Positions 20,311 to 29,019 of a stretch of 64,000 bases of DNA are shown here, in pieces. The number at the start of each line of letters is the position of its first letter. Positions within the stretch are counted from its first letter, which is position 1. The stretch covers positions 704,001 to 768,000 of the forward strand of contig CBDCVR010000014.1 in NCBI GenBank assembly GCA_965223155.1, given 5' to 3'. Below the pieces are notes generated by a model. It was not told the DNA's origin. It worked only from the letters and a program-made list of their open reading frames with translations, and ran no database searches. This DNA comes from Candidatus Multivoradales bacterium. Lineage in GTDB: Bacteria; Acidobacteriota; Thermoanaerobaculia; Multivoradales; JAHEKO01. A program made the translations under genes and the position numbers.

Positions 20311-20795
20311 CGGCCGGCGGGAGCGCCGGGGGACGGCGGCCGCCAGGAGGCTTGCGACGACTCGGCGTCCGCCTGCACGCGGCTACGCGCAAGCCAATGA
20401 GAGTTCCTGAACCTTGGTTCCTAGCGCTTGCCGCGAGCCCCCGGATGTCCTGCCGGCTTCGGTCCTGAAGCGACTCTGAAGCCACGGTATCGGGAAGCGA
20501 AACGGCTCGCGGCCCTCCGACGACTCCAGGAGCCAAAGCGGTAGACCTTGAACGAGCCCGGCGGGAGTGATTGCCCTGGAACGACCCACAAGAAGGCCGT
20601 CCCCATGAGGCGGCAGAGCTGAGACTGAGGAGCGGGCGGTGGTTGTGCGGGGCTCGGACCGAGCGCCCGGAACCACGAACTGAGGCCCCTCTCGAGCCGG
20701 TGCGAAGGTCGGCGCAGGGCCGCGTCCACCACTCCAGAGGCCTCCCAGCGCGGCCCGTCCCGCACGGCACCGTCCGCTCCCAGCCGACAAGGAGG
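20311..20795. repeat. ~480-nt direct repeat, copy 1 (candidate structured ncRNA or MITE)
   Basis: Aligns with 20891-21376 at offset ~580, with scattered substitutions and small indels. Confidence 0.9.
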
Positions 20796-20890
20796 CGGGC
20801 CCGGCCTTCATCCCCGAGGACCGGAGCAGACAACAGACGCGGGAGACCCTTCGGCCGAACTCCGCACGTCCGATCCGTTGGGCGGGCCTC

Positions 20891-21376
20891 CGGCCGGCGA
20901 GAGCGCCGAGGGACGGCGGCCGCTAGGAGACTTGCGAGGACTGGCGTCCGCCTGCACGCGGCTTCGCGCAAGCCAGTGAGGGCTTCCGGAACATTGATTC
21001 CGAGCGCTTGCCGCGAAGCCCCCCGGACGTCCTGCCGGCCTCGCTCCTGAAGCGACTCTGAAACCGCGGTATCAGGAAGCGAAACGGCTCGCGGCCCTCC
21101 GACGACTCCAGGAGCCAAAGCGGTTGACCTTGAACGAGCCCGGCGGGAGTGATTGCCCTGGAACGACCCACAAGAAGGCCGTCGCCATGAGGCGGCAGAG
21201 CTGAGGCTGAGGAGCGGGCGGTGGTTGTGCGGGGCTCGGACCGAGCGCCCGGAACCACGAACGGAGGCCCCTCTCGAGCCGGTGCGAAGGTCGGCGCAGG
21301 GCCGCGCCTACCAACTCGGAGGCCGAACAGCGCGGCCCGTCCCACACGGCACCGCCCGCTCCCGGCCGGCACGGAG
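20891..21376. repeat. ~480-nt direct repeat, copy 2
   Basis: Shares long identical tracts with copy 1, e.g. GAACGAGCCCGGCGGGAGTGATTGCCCTGGAACGACCCACAAGAAGGCCGTC. Confidence 0.9.
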
Positions 21377-21616
21377 AAACGAGTACAAGGTCCTTGGAGC
21401 CGAGGACGGCAGCGACAAAACCGCACCGTCTTCCGAGGCGATCGAGAGGAAGTCGAAGCGTCGTCCTAAGATGCGCCGTGCCTGCCAGCCTGACCATGCC
21501 CCCGCGCCACGCCCTGGCTTTCTTCTTGCAAAAAGGCCCTGTAGTAGACTCGCGAAAGGCGTTCCGACGCCTTTTGCTCACAAGTTTCGACAAGGTTTTT
21601 CCAGGAGGGAAAGAGG

Positions 21617-22747
21617 ATGTCTCGCAAGCAATTCGCCAGTCTGGCGGTGGTCGCGGTAGCCAGCTTGGCGGTCGCGTCGGCGCCGGTTTTCGCGCAGTCT
21701 TGGGCAGGGAAAGGGCGTGCATTCGGTTCGGTCAAAGACGACAAGGGCAACCCGATCGAGGGCGCCCGCATTCAGATGTACAAAGACGCCGAGGGCAACG
21801 GCCCGGGGCCCAAGTACACGGACAAGAAGGGCAAGTTCGGCTTCGGCGGCCTGGGCGGCGGTCTCTGGACCGTGCTCATCGACGCCGACGGCTACAAGCC
21901 CTCTCAAGGCGCGTACGCGGTCAACGAGTTCCAAGCCGGCAAGCCGGTCCAGATCGTTCTGGTTCCAGATCCCTTCGGCGTCATCTCGGTGGGCGACGGC
22001 CTGCTCGAGGAGAAGAAGTACGCCGAGGCGCGGGCGGCCTACGAGAACGCGCTGGCCCAGCTTCCCGAGGAGCAGGCGGCAAGGCTTCGCTCCCGCATCG
22101 GCGACACCTATCTCGAGGAGGGCAATGCCGAGGCGGCCCGAGCCGAGTACCTGAAATCGCTCCCTCTGATTCCTGAGGCCGAACAGGCTCATATCCGCCT
22201 CCAGCTCGCCAAGACCTACGAGTTCGAGAACAACAACGAGGCGGTTCGCGGCGAGCTCGAAAAAGTCCTCGAGATCCTGGACCCGGCGGCGCAGGGTCAG
22301 GTGCTCCTGATGATGGCGCGCTCGTTCGACAGCGACGGCCAGACCGACAAGGCCATCGAGACCCTTCAGCGCGCCCTGGAACTGGATCCCGAGAACGTCC
22401 AGCTGCTGCAGATCACCGCCGACTTTCTGACGCGTACCGGCCGCGAGGACGAGGCCCGCGAGTACCTCGCGCGCCTTCCGGAAGACGTCACGCTGCCGGC
22501 CGACATGGTGCTCAACATCGGCATCCGGCTCTACAACGAAGGCGACGTGGACAAGGCATTCGGCTACTTCAACCGGGCCGTGGACGAGAATCCGAGCCTG
22601 GCCGAGGCGTACTACTACCGGGGTCTGGTCAACCTCAACCGCAACCAGACCGAAGAGGCAAAGGCCGACTTCGGCAAGCTGCTCGAGCTCGATCCCGAGT
22701 CCGCGCACGCGGCGGAAGTGAACGAGTTTCTCAAGTATCTCAACTAG
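21617..22747 (+). CDS. Exported carboxypeptidase-regulatory-like domain + TPR protein
   Basis: Signal peptide, G.VKDDKGNPIEGA, TDKKGKF, TPRs; AGGAGG/GAGG upstream of ATG. Confidence 0.88.
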   Translation: MSRKQFASLAVVAVASLAVASAPVFAQSWAGKGRAFGSVKDDKGNPIEGARIQMYKDAEGNGPGPKYTDKKGKFGFGGLGGGLWTVLIDADGYKPSQGAYAVNEFQAGKPVQIVLVPDPFGVISVGDGLLEEKKYAEARAAYENALAQLPEEQAARLRSRIGDTYLEEGNAEAARAEYLKSLPLIPEAEQAHIRLQLAKTYEFENNNEAVRGELEKVLEILDPAAQGQVLLMMARSFDSDGQTDKAIETLQRALELDPENVQLLQITADFLTRTGREDEAREYLARLPEDVTLPADMVLNIGIRLYNEGDVDKAFGYFNRAVDENPSLAEAYYYRGLVNLNRNQTEEAKADFGKLLELDPESAHAAEVNEFLKYLN

Positions 22748-22921
22748 TCAAATCTGCTCGCCGAGAGTCTACTGCGAAGCCGCAACTGCCTGAGTCCGCT
22801 GCGTTCCGCCGCCATCGGGCGTCTCGGCGTACCGACGGGGCGTCTGCACCGCCGTCGATCGCTCGTCCGGCATGCCGGAGCCTCCGCGGTTTCGCCTCAC
22901 GACTCCGGTGATGCGGCCGGG

Positions 22922-25123
22922 CTGGCTTACGCGCGGCATAGAGCCGTTCGTGCTCCGGGCGCCCGAGATCAGCGCTGGTTTCGTTTTCTAGCCGCGGTCG
23001 CCGTCCTCACGATCGCGGCTTTTTCGTGTCGGCCCGCCGCGCAAACGGCTCCGGCTCGTCCGCCGATCATCCTGATCTCGATCGACACGCTCCGATCCGA
23101 TCGGTTGCCGATGTACGGCTACACGGCGGTCGAGACCCCGAACCTGGACCGGCTGCGCGACGATTCGATCCTCTTCGAGCGTGCCTACAGCCACGTCCCG
23201 CTGACGCTGCCGTCCCACGCCTCGATGCTGAGCGGGCAGCTGCCGCCCGAACACGGCGTGCGCGACAACCTCGGCTACCGTCTCGACGCCACGGACGGGC
23301 CCTGGCTGCCGGCACGCCTCCGAGATCTCGGCTACCGAACCGGGGCCGCGATCTCGGCCTACGTGCTCCGATCCAGCACCGGCATCGGCTCCGGGTTCGA
23401 CCACTATGAGGACGACATCGCGCTCGCCGCTCAGGCCGCTTTGGGACGCCTCCAGCGCTCCGGCGCCGAGACCTTCGAGGCCTCCCTGGACTGGCTTGCC
23501 TCCGTGCGCTCCGGGCCGTTCTTCTACTTCTTCCACACCTACGAACCGCATTCTCCCTACACGCCGCCGGAGCCGTTCCGCTCGCGCTATCCCGACCGGC
23601 CCTACGACGGCGAGGTAGCGGAGGCCGATCGCCAGGTGGGGCTCCTCCTCCAGAAGCTCGAGGAATGGGACCTCTACGACTCGGCGGTCATCGTCCTGAC
23701 CTCGGATCATGGCGAGGGCCTCGGTGAGCACGAGCAGCAAGAGCACGAGGTCCTCGTGTACCGCGAGAACCTCCAAGTGCCGCTCTTGATCAAGCTCCCC
23801 GACTCCAAGCGAGGCGGAGACGCGGTCGCGGCACCGGTGCAACTGGTGGACCTCTACCCCACTCTGCTCGAGGTCGTAGGCGAGACCCCGGAGCCGGGTC
23901 TTCAAGGAAGCTCTCTGTTGGCGGCATCACCGGCCGCCGATCGCCCGATCTACGCCGAGTCGCTCTATCCCCGGCTGCACTATGGGTGGAGCGATCTGGC
24001 GTCGGTCATCCAAGGCAAGTGGCACTTCATCGCCGCGCCCCGGCCCGAGCTCTACGATCTGGATCGAGATCCCGGAGAGCTCGACAACGTCGCCGCCGCG
24101 AACCGCTCGGACTTCGCCCGCCTGCGCAAACGGCTCGACGAGTTCGGCTTCTCGTTCGCCCGGCCCACCGACGCCGGCGACGAGGACCGGGCCAAGTTGG
24201 CGGCGCTCGGCTATGTCGGCTCGGTGGCCGCCGAGGACGGCGCCCCTCTCGCCGACCCGAAAGACCGGATGCACGTCGTTGCCAGCCTGGGCCGGGCTTT
24301 CGGCTACTTCTTCCAGAGCCAGTACGGCCGGGCCGAGCAGGCTTTCGCGGCCACGGTCGCCGAAGAACCCCAGCTCATCGACGCCTGGGAGCATCTCGGC
24401 AAGGCGCGGCACCGATTGGGCCGGTTCGACCAGGCCGAGCAGGCCTTCCGGCGGGCCCTCGAGCTCTCGGGCGGGGCGCCGCACATCGCGCTCGCCGCGG
24501 CCGAGATGTTTCTGGAAGCCCAAGACCTCGACCAGGCGCGAGCCCACGCCGAACTCGCCCGCGGCCAGCACGAGGTGGCCCTGGACATCCTGGCGCAGAT
24601 CGCCGTCCGCCAGGAACGCCTGGACGATGCGGAAGCGCTCATTCAGGGGGCCCTGCCCGAACGCGGCCGCAGGCTGGGGCCGCTCATCACCCAAGTGGAC
24701 TTGCGCATCCGGCAGGGGCGACTCCAGGAAGCGGTGGCGTTGAGCCAAGCCGTCGAAGAGGAAGCGTCGGGCGGCGATCCGGTGCTCTTGCGCGGCCTGT
24801 TCTTCCTCAGAGGCACGGCCCTCGCCCGCCTCGGCGAAGCCGGTCCCGCGGCCGCCGCCTTCGAGCGGGAGATCGCTCTCTCGCCCAACGAGCTGGCCTC
24901 GTACACCCATCTCGCCTATCTGTACGCCCTCACTGGAAACCCGAACGGCGCAGGCGAGACCCTACGGCGCATGGTCGATACGAATCCGACTCCGCATGCC
25001 TTCGCCGAGGCCGTACGGACGTTGCGCGCGATGAACGACACGCGCTCGGCGGCCGGGCTGCTGCGTCAGGCTCGGTCCCGGTGGCCGCGCGATCCCGAGC
25101 TGGCCGAGCTCGCCCTCCGGTAG
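22922..25123 (+). CDS. Sulfatase-like hydrolase/transferase + TPR lipoprotein (start uncertain)
   Basis: The frame upstream of the listed 23105 start encodes FLAAVAVLTIAAFSC (lipobox) and PPIILISIDTLRSD, then TLPSH, SDHGE and TPRs. There is no in-frame ATG/GTG/TTG before these; CTG 22922 is used provisionally. Confidence 0.75.
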   Translation: MAYARHRAVRAPGARDQRWFRFLAAVAVLTIAAFSCRPAAQTAPARPPIILISIDTLRSDRLPMYGYTAVETPNLDRLRDDSILFERAYSHVPLTLPSHASMLSGQLPPEHGVRDNLGYRLDATDGPWLPARLRDLGYRTGAAISAYVLRSSTGIGSGFDHYEDDIALAAQAALGRLQRSGAETFEASLDWLASVRSGPFFYFFHTYEPHSPYTPPEPFRSRYPDRPYDGEVAEADRQVGLLLQKLEEWDLYDSAVIVLTSDHGEGLGEHEQQEHEVLVYRENLQVPLLIKLPDSKRGGDAVAAPVQLVDLYPTLLEVVGETPEPGLQGSSLLAASPAADRPIYAESLYPRLHYGWSDLASVIQGKWHFIAAPRPELYDLDRDPGELDNVAAANRSDFARLRKRLDEFGFSFARPTDAGDEDRAKLAALGYVGSVAAEDGAPLADPKDRMHVVASLGRAFGYFFQSQYGRAEQAFAATVAEEPQLIDAWEHLGKARHRLGRFDQAEQAFRRALELSGGAPHIALAAAEMFLEAQDLDQARAHAELARGQHEVALDILAQIAVRQERLDDAEALIQGALPERGRRLGPLITQVDLRIRQGRLQEAVALSQAVEEEASGGDPVLLRGLFFLRGTALARLGEAGPAAAAFEREIALSPNELASYTHLAYLYALTGNPNGAGETLRRMVDTNPTPHAFAEAVRTLRAMNDTRSAAGLLRQARSRWPRDPELAELALR

Positions 25124-25187
25124 TCAGCCTCTCGCGATCCAGGCAACACCGTAGCGGCCTAGAGCCGACATCGAGACAGCAGTGCTG

Positions 25188-27122
25188 CTAGCGCCACGGC
25201 GACCGGCACGGCTCGCCACGATCGTAGCCGGCCAGCCGTTCGCGCGCGGCTGGCAGCATCGCCTCACCGCCCAACCGGCCGGCCCTTTCGATCACCTTCC
25301 GCTGCCAGTCCATGGCCTCCTCGAACCGGCCCAACTCCGCGAAGGCCATGGCCACGGTTTCGGCATGCTCGAGCGACGGCGCAAGCTGGAAGATCCGTTG
25401 GGACAAATCGAGACTACGCGGGCCGTCCCGAACCTCGGCACTGTCCGCGGCGGCCAGAACCCGCGCCAGCAGATGCCCGAGGGTCAGGTTCCCGGGCAGG
25501 CTCTCGAGCCCCCGTTCCAGCGCGCGCCGAGCGTCGAGATCTCGACGCCCCAAGAGGTTCGCCATCGCCAGGCCCACAAAGACCCGTTCGTCCTTGTCGG
25601 CCTCGCCCGCGCTCAGGATGCGCTCGTAGACCTCGGCGGCCTCAGCGAACCGGCCGCTCCTGCCGAGCCAGAGCGCCAGCGGCTCCAGACGCTCGCGAAC
25701 CGGCTCGAGCTCGGCCGCCGCGCGCAGATGCTCCTCGGCAGCAGCGGATCCGGCGCGCTCGAACACGAGGCCGAGCTGGGCGTGGGCCTCGGCCCGGCCC
25801 TGCGGCTCGGCGCGCGCGTTATCCAGCACCGCCTCGAGATTCGCTCTGGCCGCTTGGAGCCGGCCCGAGCGCGCCGCCAGCACGCCCGCTTGCAGCCTGG
25901 CCCGCGGGTTCTCCGGGTCGCGACGCAGGATCTCGGCCACCTCTCCGGCCGCGTCGTCCAACCGATCCAGACGACTCAGCGCCACCACCCATTCCAGATG
26001 CGCCTCCAGGTCGTCGGCGTCGATCTCGACCGCGCGTCGAAAGTGACGCTCGGCGTCTGACAACCGTCCGTCCTCGGCGGCCAGGGTTCCCAGGTTGAAG
26101 TGCCCGTTCCGGAACTCGGGATCGAACTCGACCGATCGCTCTAGGCTCTCGACGGCCTGCGGCCGGCGACCCAGATGCAGGTACGCCAGCGCCAGGTTGT
26201 AGTGGATGAACGAGCCGTCGGGCTCCTCTGCCACGGCAAGCTGAAACTGACGGATGGCCTCTTCGAAGCGTCCCTGACGGGCGGCGTCAACGCCTGCCTT
26301 GAAGAAGACGTGCGAGGTCTTGAGCAGCTCGCTCAAGTTCTGAATTCGGGGATCCAGAAACTGCACCCGCACCCCGCTGTTCTTCGCCAGGTGCTCTCGG
26401 GCGCGGTCCAGGTCCCCAGCCCTGCGATACGCCAGCCCGAGTTGATGATGGATCGTGGTCGCGGTGGGCTGGATGGCCAGCGCCTCTTCTAGGTGGGCGA
26501 TCGCACCCTCCAGCCAGCCGCGGGCCAGCTCGACCTTGCCCAGCCCGAAGAGACCGGACGGATGCCGGGGTTCCGTCTCGAGCACGGCCAGGAAGGCGGC
26601 CTCGGCCTCGTCCAACCGGTCCAGGTCGTAGAGGGAATTGCCCAGCCGGATCCGGGCCGGAACGTCGCCGGGCTCGAGTTCCAGCACCGAGCTGAAACTG
26701 GCGGCGGCTTCTTGATGGCGCCCGTCCAACTGATCGATCGCCCCCAAAAGGTAGTGCCAGGACGGCTCTTCCGGATAGAGGTCGCGCGCGTTGGCGAAAC
26801 TCACCCGGGCCGCCGCGGTCAGATCGTAGACGTAGAGAAGCTTGCCCAGATAGCCGAACGCCTCGGACCGGAGGACTGGATCGTCGGACTCCTCCAGAAC
26901 CGTGTCCAGACGCTTCTTGGCTTCCCGGAGCTGCTCCTGGGAGTACGCTTCCAGGTTGTCGATCGCCGGCATCGGCACCTCGGGTAGCGCGGCCGGCGCC
27001 GAGGCGGCGGTCGTCTCCGACGCCACCGCCGGCTCGCTTGGTCCCAAGGTGGCGACCACGACGGCAGCCACGGCGGCGGCCTTCGTCGGCGGCGCGGTCC
27101 GAAGAAGAAACGACCCGGCCAT
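25188..27122 (-). CDS. Exported TPR-repeat protein (paralog of 7263-9281)
   Basis: TPRs, and a C-terminus HAETVAMA.AELG.FEEA..WQ...Y.RG.PCR.PW shared with 7263-9281. Confidence 0.88.
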   Translation of the reverse strand: MAGSFLLRTAPPTKAAAVAAVVVATLGPSEPAVASETTAASAPAALPEVPMPAIDNLEAYSQEQLREAKKRLDTVLEESDDPVLRSEAFGYLGKLLYVYDLTAAARVSFANARDLYPEEPSWHYLLGAIDQLDGRHQEAAASFSSVLELEPGDVPARIRLGNSLYDLDRLDEAEAAFLAVLETEPRHPSGLFGLGKVELARGWLEGAIAHLEEALAIQPTATTIHHQLGLAYRRAGDLDRAREHLAKNSGVRVQFLDPRIQNLSELLKTSHVFFKAGVDAARQGRFEEAIRQFQLAVAEEPDGSFIHYNLALAYLHLGRRPQAVESLERSVEFDPEFRNGHFNLGTLAAEDGRLSDAERHFRRAVEIDADDLEAHLEWVVALSRLDRLDDAAGEVAEILRRDPENPRARLQAGVLAARSGRLQAARANLEAVLDNARAEPQGRAEAHAQLGLVFERAGSAAAEEHLRAAAELEPVRERLEPLALWLGRSGRFAEAAEVYERILSAGEADKDERVFVGLAMANLLGRRDLDARRALERGLESLPGNLTLGHLLARVLAAADSAEVRDGPRSLDLSQRIFQLAPSLEHAETVAMAFAELGRFEEAMDWQRKVIERAGRLGGEAMLPAARERLAGYDRGEPCRSPWR

Positions 27123-28916
27123 CTAGTCGGACGCCGGTTCCGGGTCGCGGACGAAGACGTAGTGCCGATCCACCGGCAGCCCGCGCCAAACGGTCTCGCG
27201 GCCGCCCAGCCAGCTCGTCCGGATCTCGCGTGGCGCCGCCGATTCACCCAAACCCACCGTGGGAGCCGGCGCTGTGGCCGAAGCGTAGCTGCCATCGGTG
27301 CCGATGCGGCGCGAGCGCAGGCCCTCGCTTGACGCCTCGACCATCCGGCTGCCGTAGGCGTCCCACCCGCCCGGCGCCACCAGGAAGCGGCCCGAGATCC
27401 AGTGGCGCGCATCTTCTTCGCCACCCCGATTTTCGAGCAACCACAGCGGGCCGGAGTTGTTGACCGTGACCAGGTCGGGATCGCCGTCCAAATCCACGTC
27501 TCCGGCCGTCACACCGCGGCCGACCTCGGTCCGAGCAAGGACCTCGCCCCAATCGGCCGAGGCGTCCTGGAACCGCGCTCCTCCCAGGTTGCGGAAGACG
27601 AGGTCCGGCTGCTCGAGTGGGTAGACGTCCCCGGTCCGGGCGAGCTCCTCGATCACGCGCACCGCGCCGTTGGCGACATAGAGATCCTGGAGACCGTCCA
27701 GATCCAGATCGGCCAGAACGACGCCGAATCCGGTGTGCTGAAAACTGGGCGTCCCCAGACCGCTGGCCCGGCTCCGATCCTCGAAAAAACCGGAGCCGTC
27801 ATTGACATAGAGCGTGTTCGTCTCCCGCGTGAGATGGGTCATGAATAGGTCTTCATCAGCGTCGTCGTCGAAATCGCCGACCACGACGCCCATGCTGGCT
27901 TCGGCCATTCCGGTCTCGGAAACGGCACACCCTGCCAGCAGAGCCTCATTGACGAAAGTCCCGTCCCGCTGATTGACCCACAGCAGGTTGGGCATCTGGT
28001 CGTTGGCGACATAGAGGTCGATCCAGCCGTCCAGGTTGAAGTCCCCGGCCACGACCCCCAGGCCGCTGCGCGGCGTCTCGGTGTCCAGGCCGGCGGCCAG
28101 GCTCGCCTCTTCGAACGTGCCGTCGCCGCGGTTGCGGTAGAGCTTGTCGGCCTCCGGAGCGTAGGCCAGCGGACCGCAGTAGTCGGTAACACCGGTCGCC
28201 GACACACAAGCCTTGTCGATCGCCAATCGGTACTCCACGTAGTTGGCGACGTAGAGGTCCAACCAGCCATCGCGATCGTAGTCGGCAAAGGCCGCCGACA
28301 CGCTCCAGTGGCGGCCGGAAGTGCCGCTCGGCACCGTCACGTCCGAGAAAGTGCCGTCGCCGTTGTTGCGCCAGAGCTGATTGGCGCCTAGGTTGGTCAC
28401 GTAGAGGTCTGTCCAGCCGTCGTTGTCGATGTCCCCCGCCGCTACGCCGACCCCGTAGCCCAGCGCCTCGATGCCGGCTTCCGAGGTGACGTCCACGAAT
28501 CTGGGGCGCGCGCGTGGCGCTCCGGGCTCGCGAATCAAGTCGTTCCGGAAGAGCCGGTCCCGCGGCGGCGCGTCCCGGCCCTGCGGCGGAAATGTAGCCT
28601 GGGCCGAGTCCTCGCCGCCGAGCATCGCGCTCTGGACTACGTAGAGGTCCAGGTCCCCGTCGTTGTCGTAGTCGAAGAGAGCCGCGCCCGATCCCACGAT
28701 CTCGGCGAAATAGCGCTTACCCGACATGCCGTTGAACTGGACGAAGTCCAGACCGGCCTCGGCGGCAATATCGACGAGCTCACGCCGGCTTTCGGCCGCC
28801 GCGGCAAGAGCAGTCCCCGCCACGAGCAACGTCGCCACGCCCAAAGCAGCCCACGCGGAGCACCGGCCCCACACTCGGCGCTCGGCAGCTGATTGCAACT
28901 GGGATCGTGAGGTCAT
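27123..28916 (-). CDS. CRTAC1-family FG-GAP/ASPIC-UnbV protein
   Basis: DYDNDGDLDL repeats, YCGP, EASMG, GSYAS. Start placed at ATG 28916 (the ORF track gives 28961). Confidence 0.88.
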   Translation of the reverse strand: MTSRSQLQSAAERRVWGRCSAWAALGVATLLVAGTALAAAAESRRELVDIAAEAGLDFVQFNGMSGKRYFAEIVGSGAALFDYDNDGDLDLYVVQSAMLGGEDSAQATFPPQGRDAPPRDRLFRNDLIREPGAPRARPRFVDVTSEAGIEALGYGVGVAAGDIDNDGWTDLYVTNLGANQLWRNNGDGTFSDVTVPSGTSGRHWSVSAAFADYDRDGWLDLYVANYVEYRLAIDKACVSATGVTDYCGPLAYAPEADKLYRNRGDGTFEEASLAAGLDTETPRSGLGVVAGDFNLDGWIDLYVANDQMPNLLWVNQRDGTFVNEALLAGCAVSETGMAEASMGVVVGDFDDDADEDLFMTHLTRETNTLYVNDGSGFFEDRSRASGLGTPSFQHTGFGVVLADLDLDGLQDLYVANGAVRVIEELARTGDVYPLEQPDLVFRNLGGARFQDASADWGEVLARTEVGRGVTAGDVDLDGDPDLVTVNNSGPLWLLENRGGEEDARHWISGRFLVAPGGWDAYGSRMVEASSEGLRSRRIGTDGSYASATAPAPTVGLGESAAPREIRTSWLGGRETVWRGLPVDRHYVFVRDPEPASD

Positions 28917-29019
28917 GGGAAAAACGGAGGCGAAGCTCGATCTCCCGGGGAAACCGAGCAAGAACCGGACCAGAGAATCCTACCGAATACCGTCCGGTGC
29001 TTCCGCTCCGGCGGCAGAC

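Noticed and set aside
17370-20378. 1002-aa minus-strand ORF and many other long overlapping ORFs (e.g. 9378-11072, 30826-32523, 61577-62974)
   Set aside because: Antisense or alternate-frame shadows of well-supported genes, expected at this GC content; no motifs.
20694-20726. GAGCCGGTGCG...CGCA resembling group II intron domain V
   Set aside because: The lower stem does not pair properly, and there is no RT ORF or recognisable intron boundary.
20261-21722. ORFs within the 480-nt repeats
   Set aside because: Indels between copies shift frames, and the products are low-complexity Arg/Pro/Gly-rich with no motifs.
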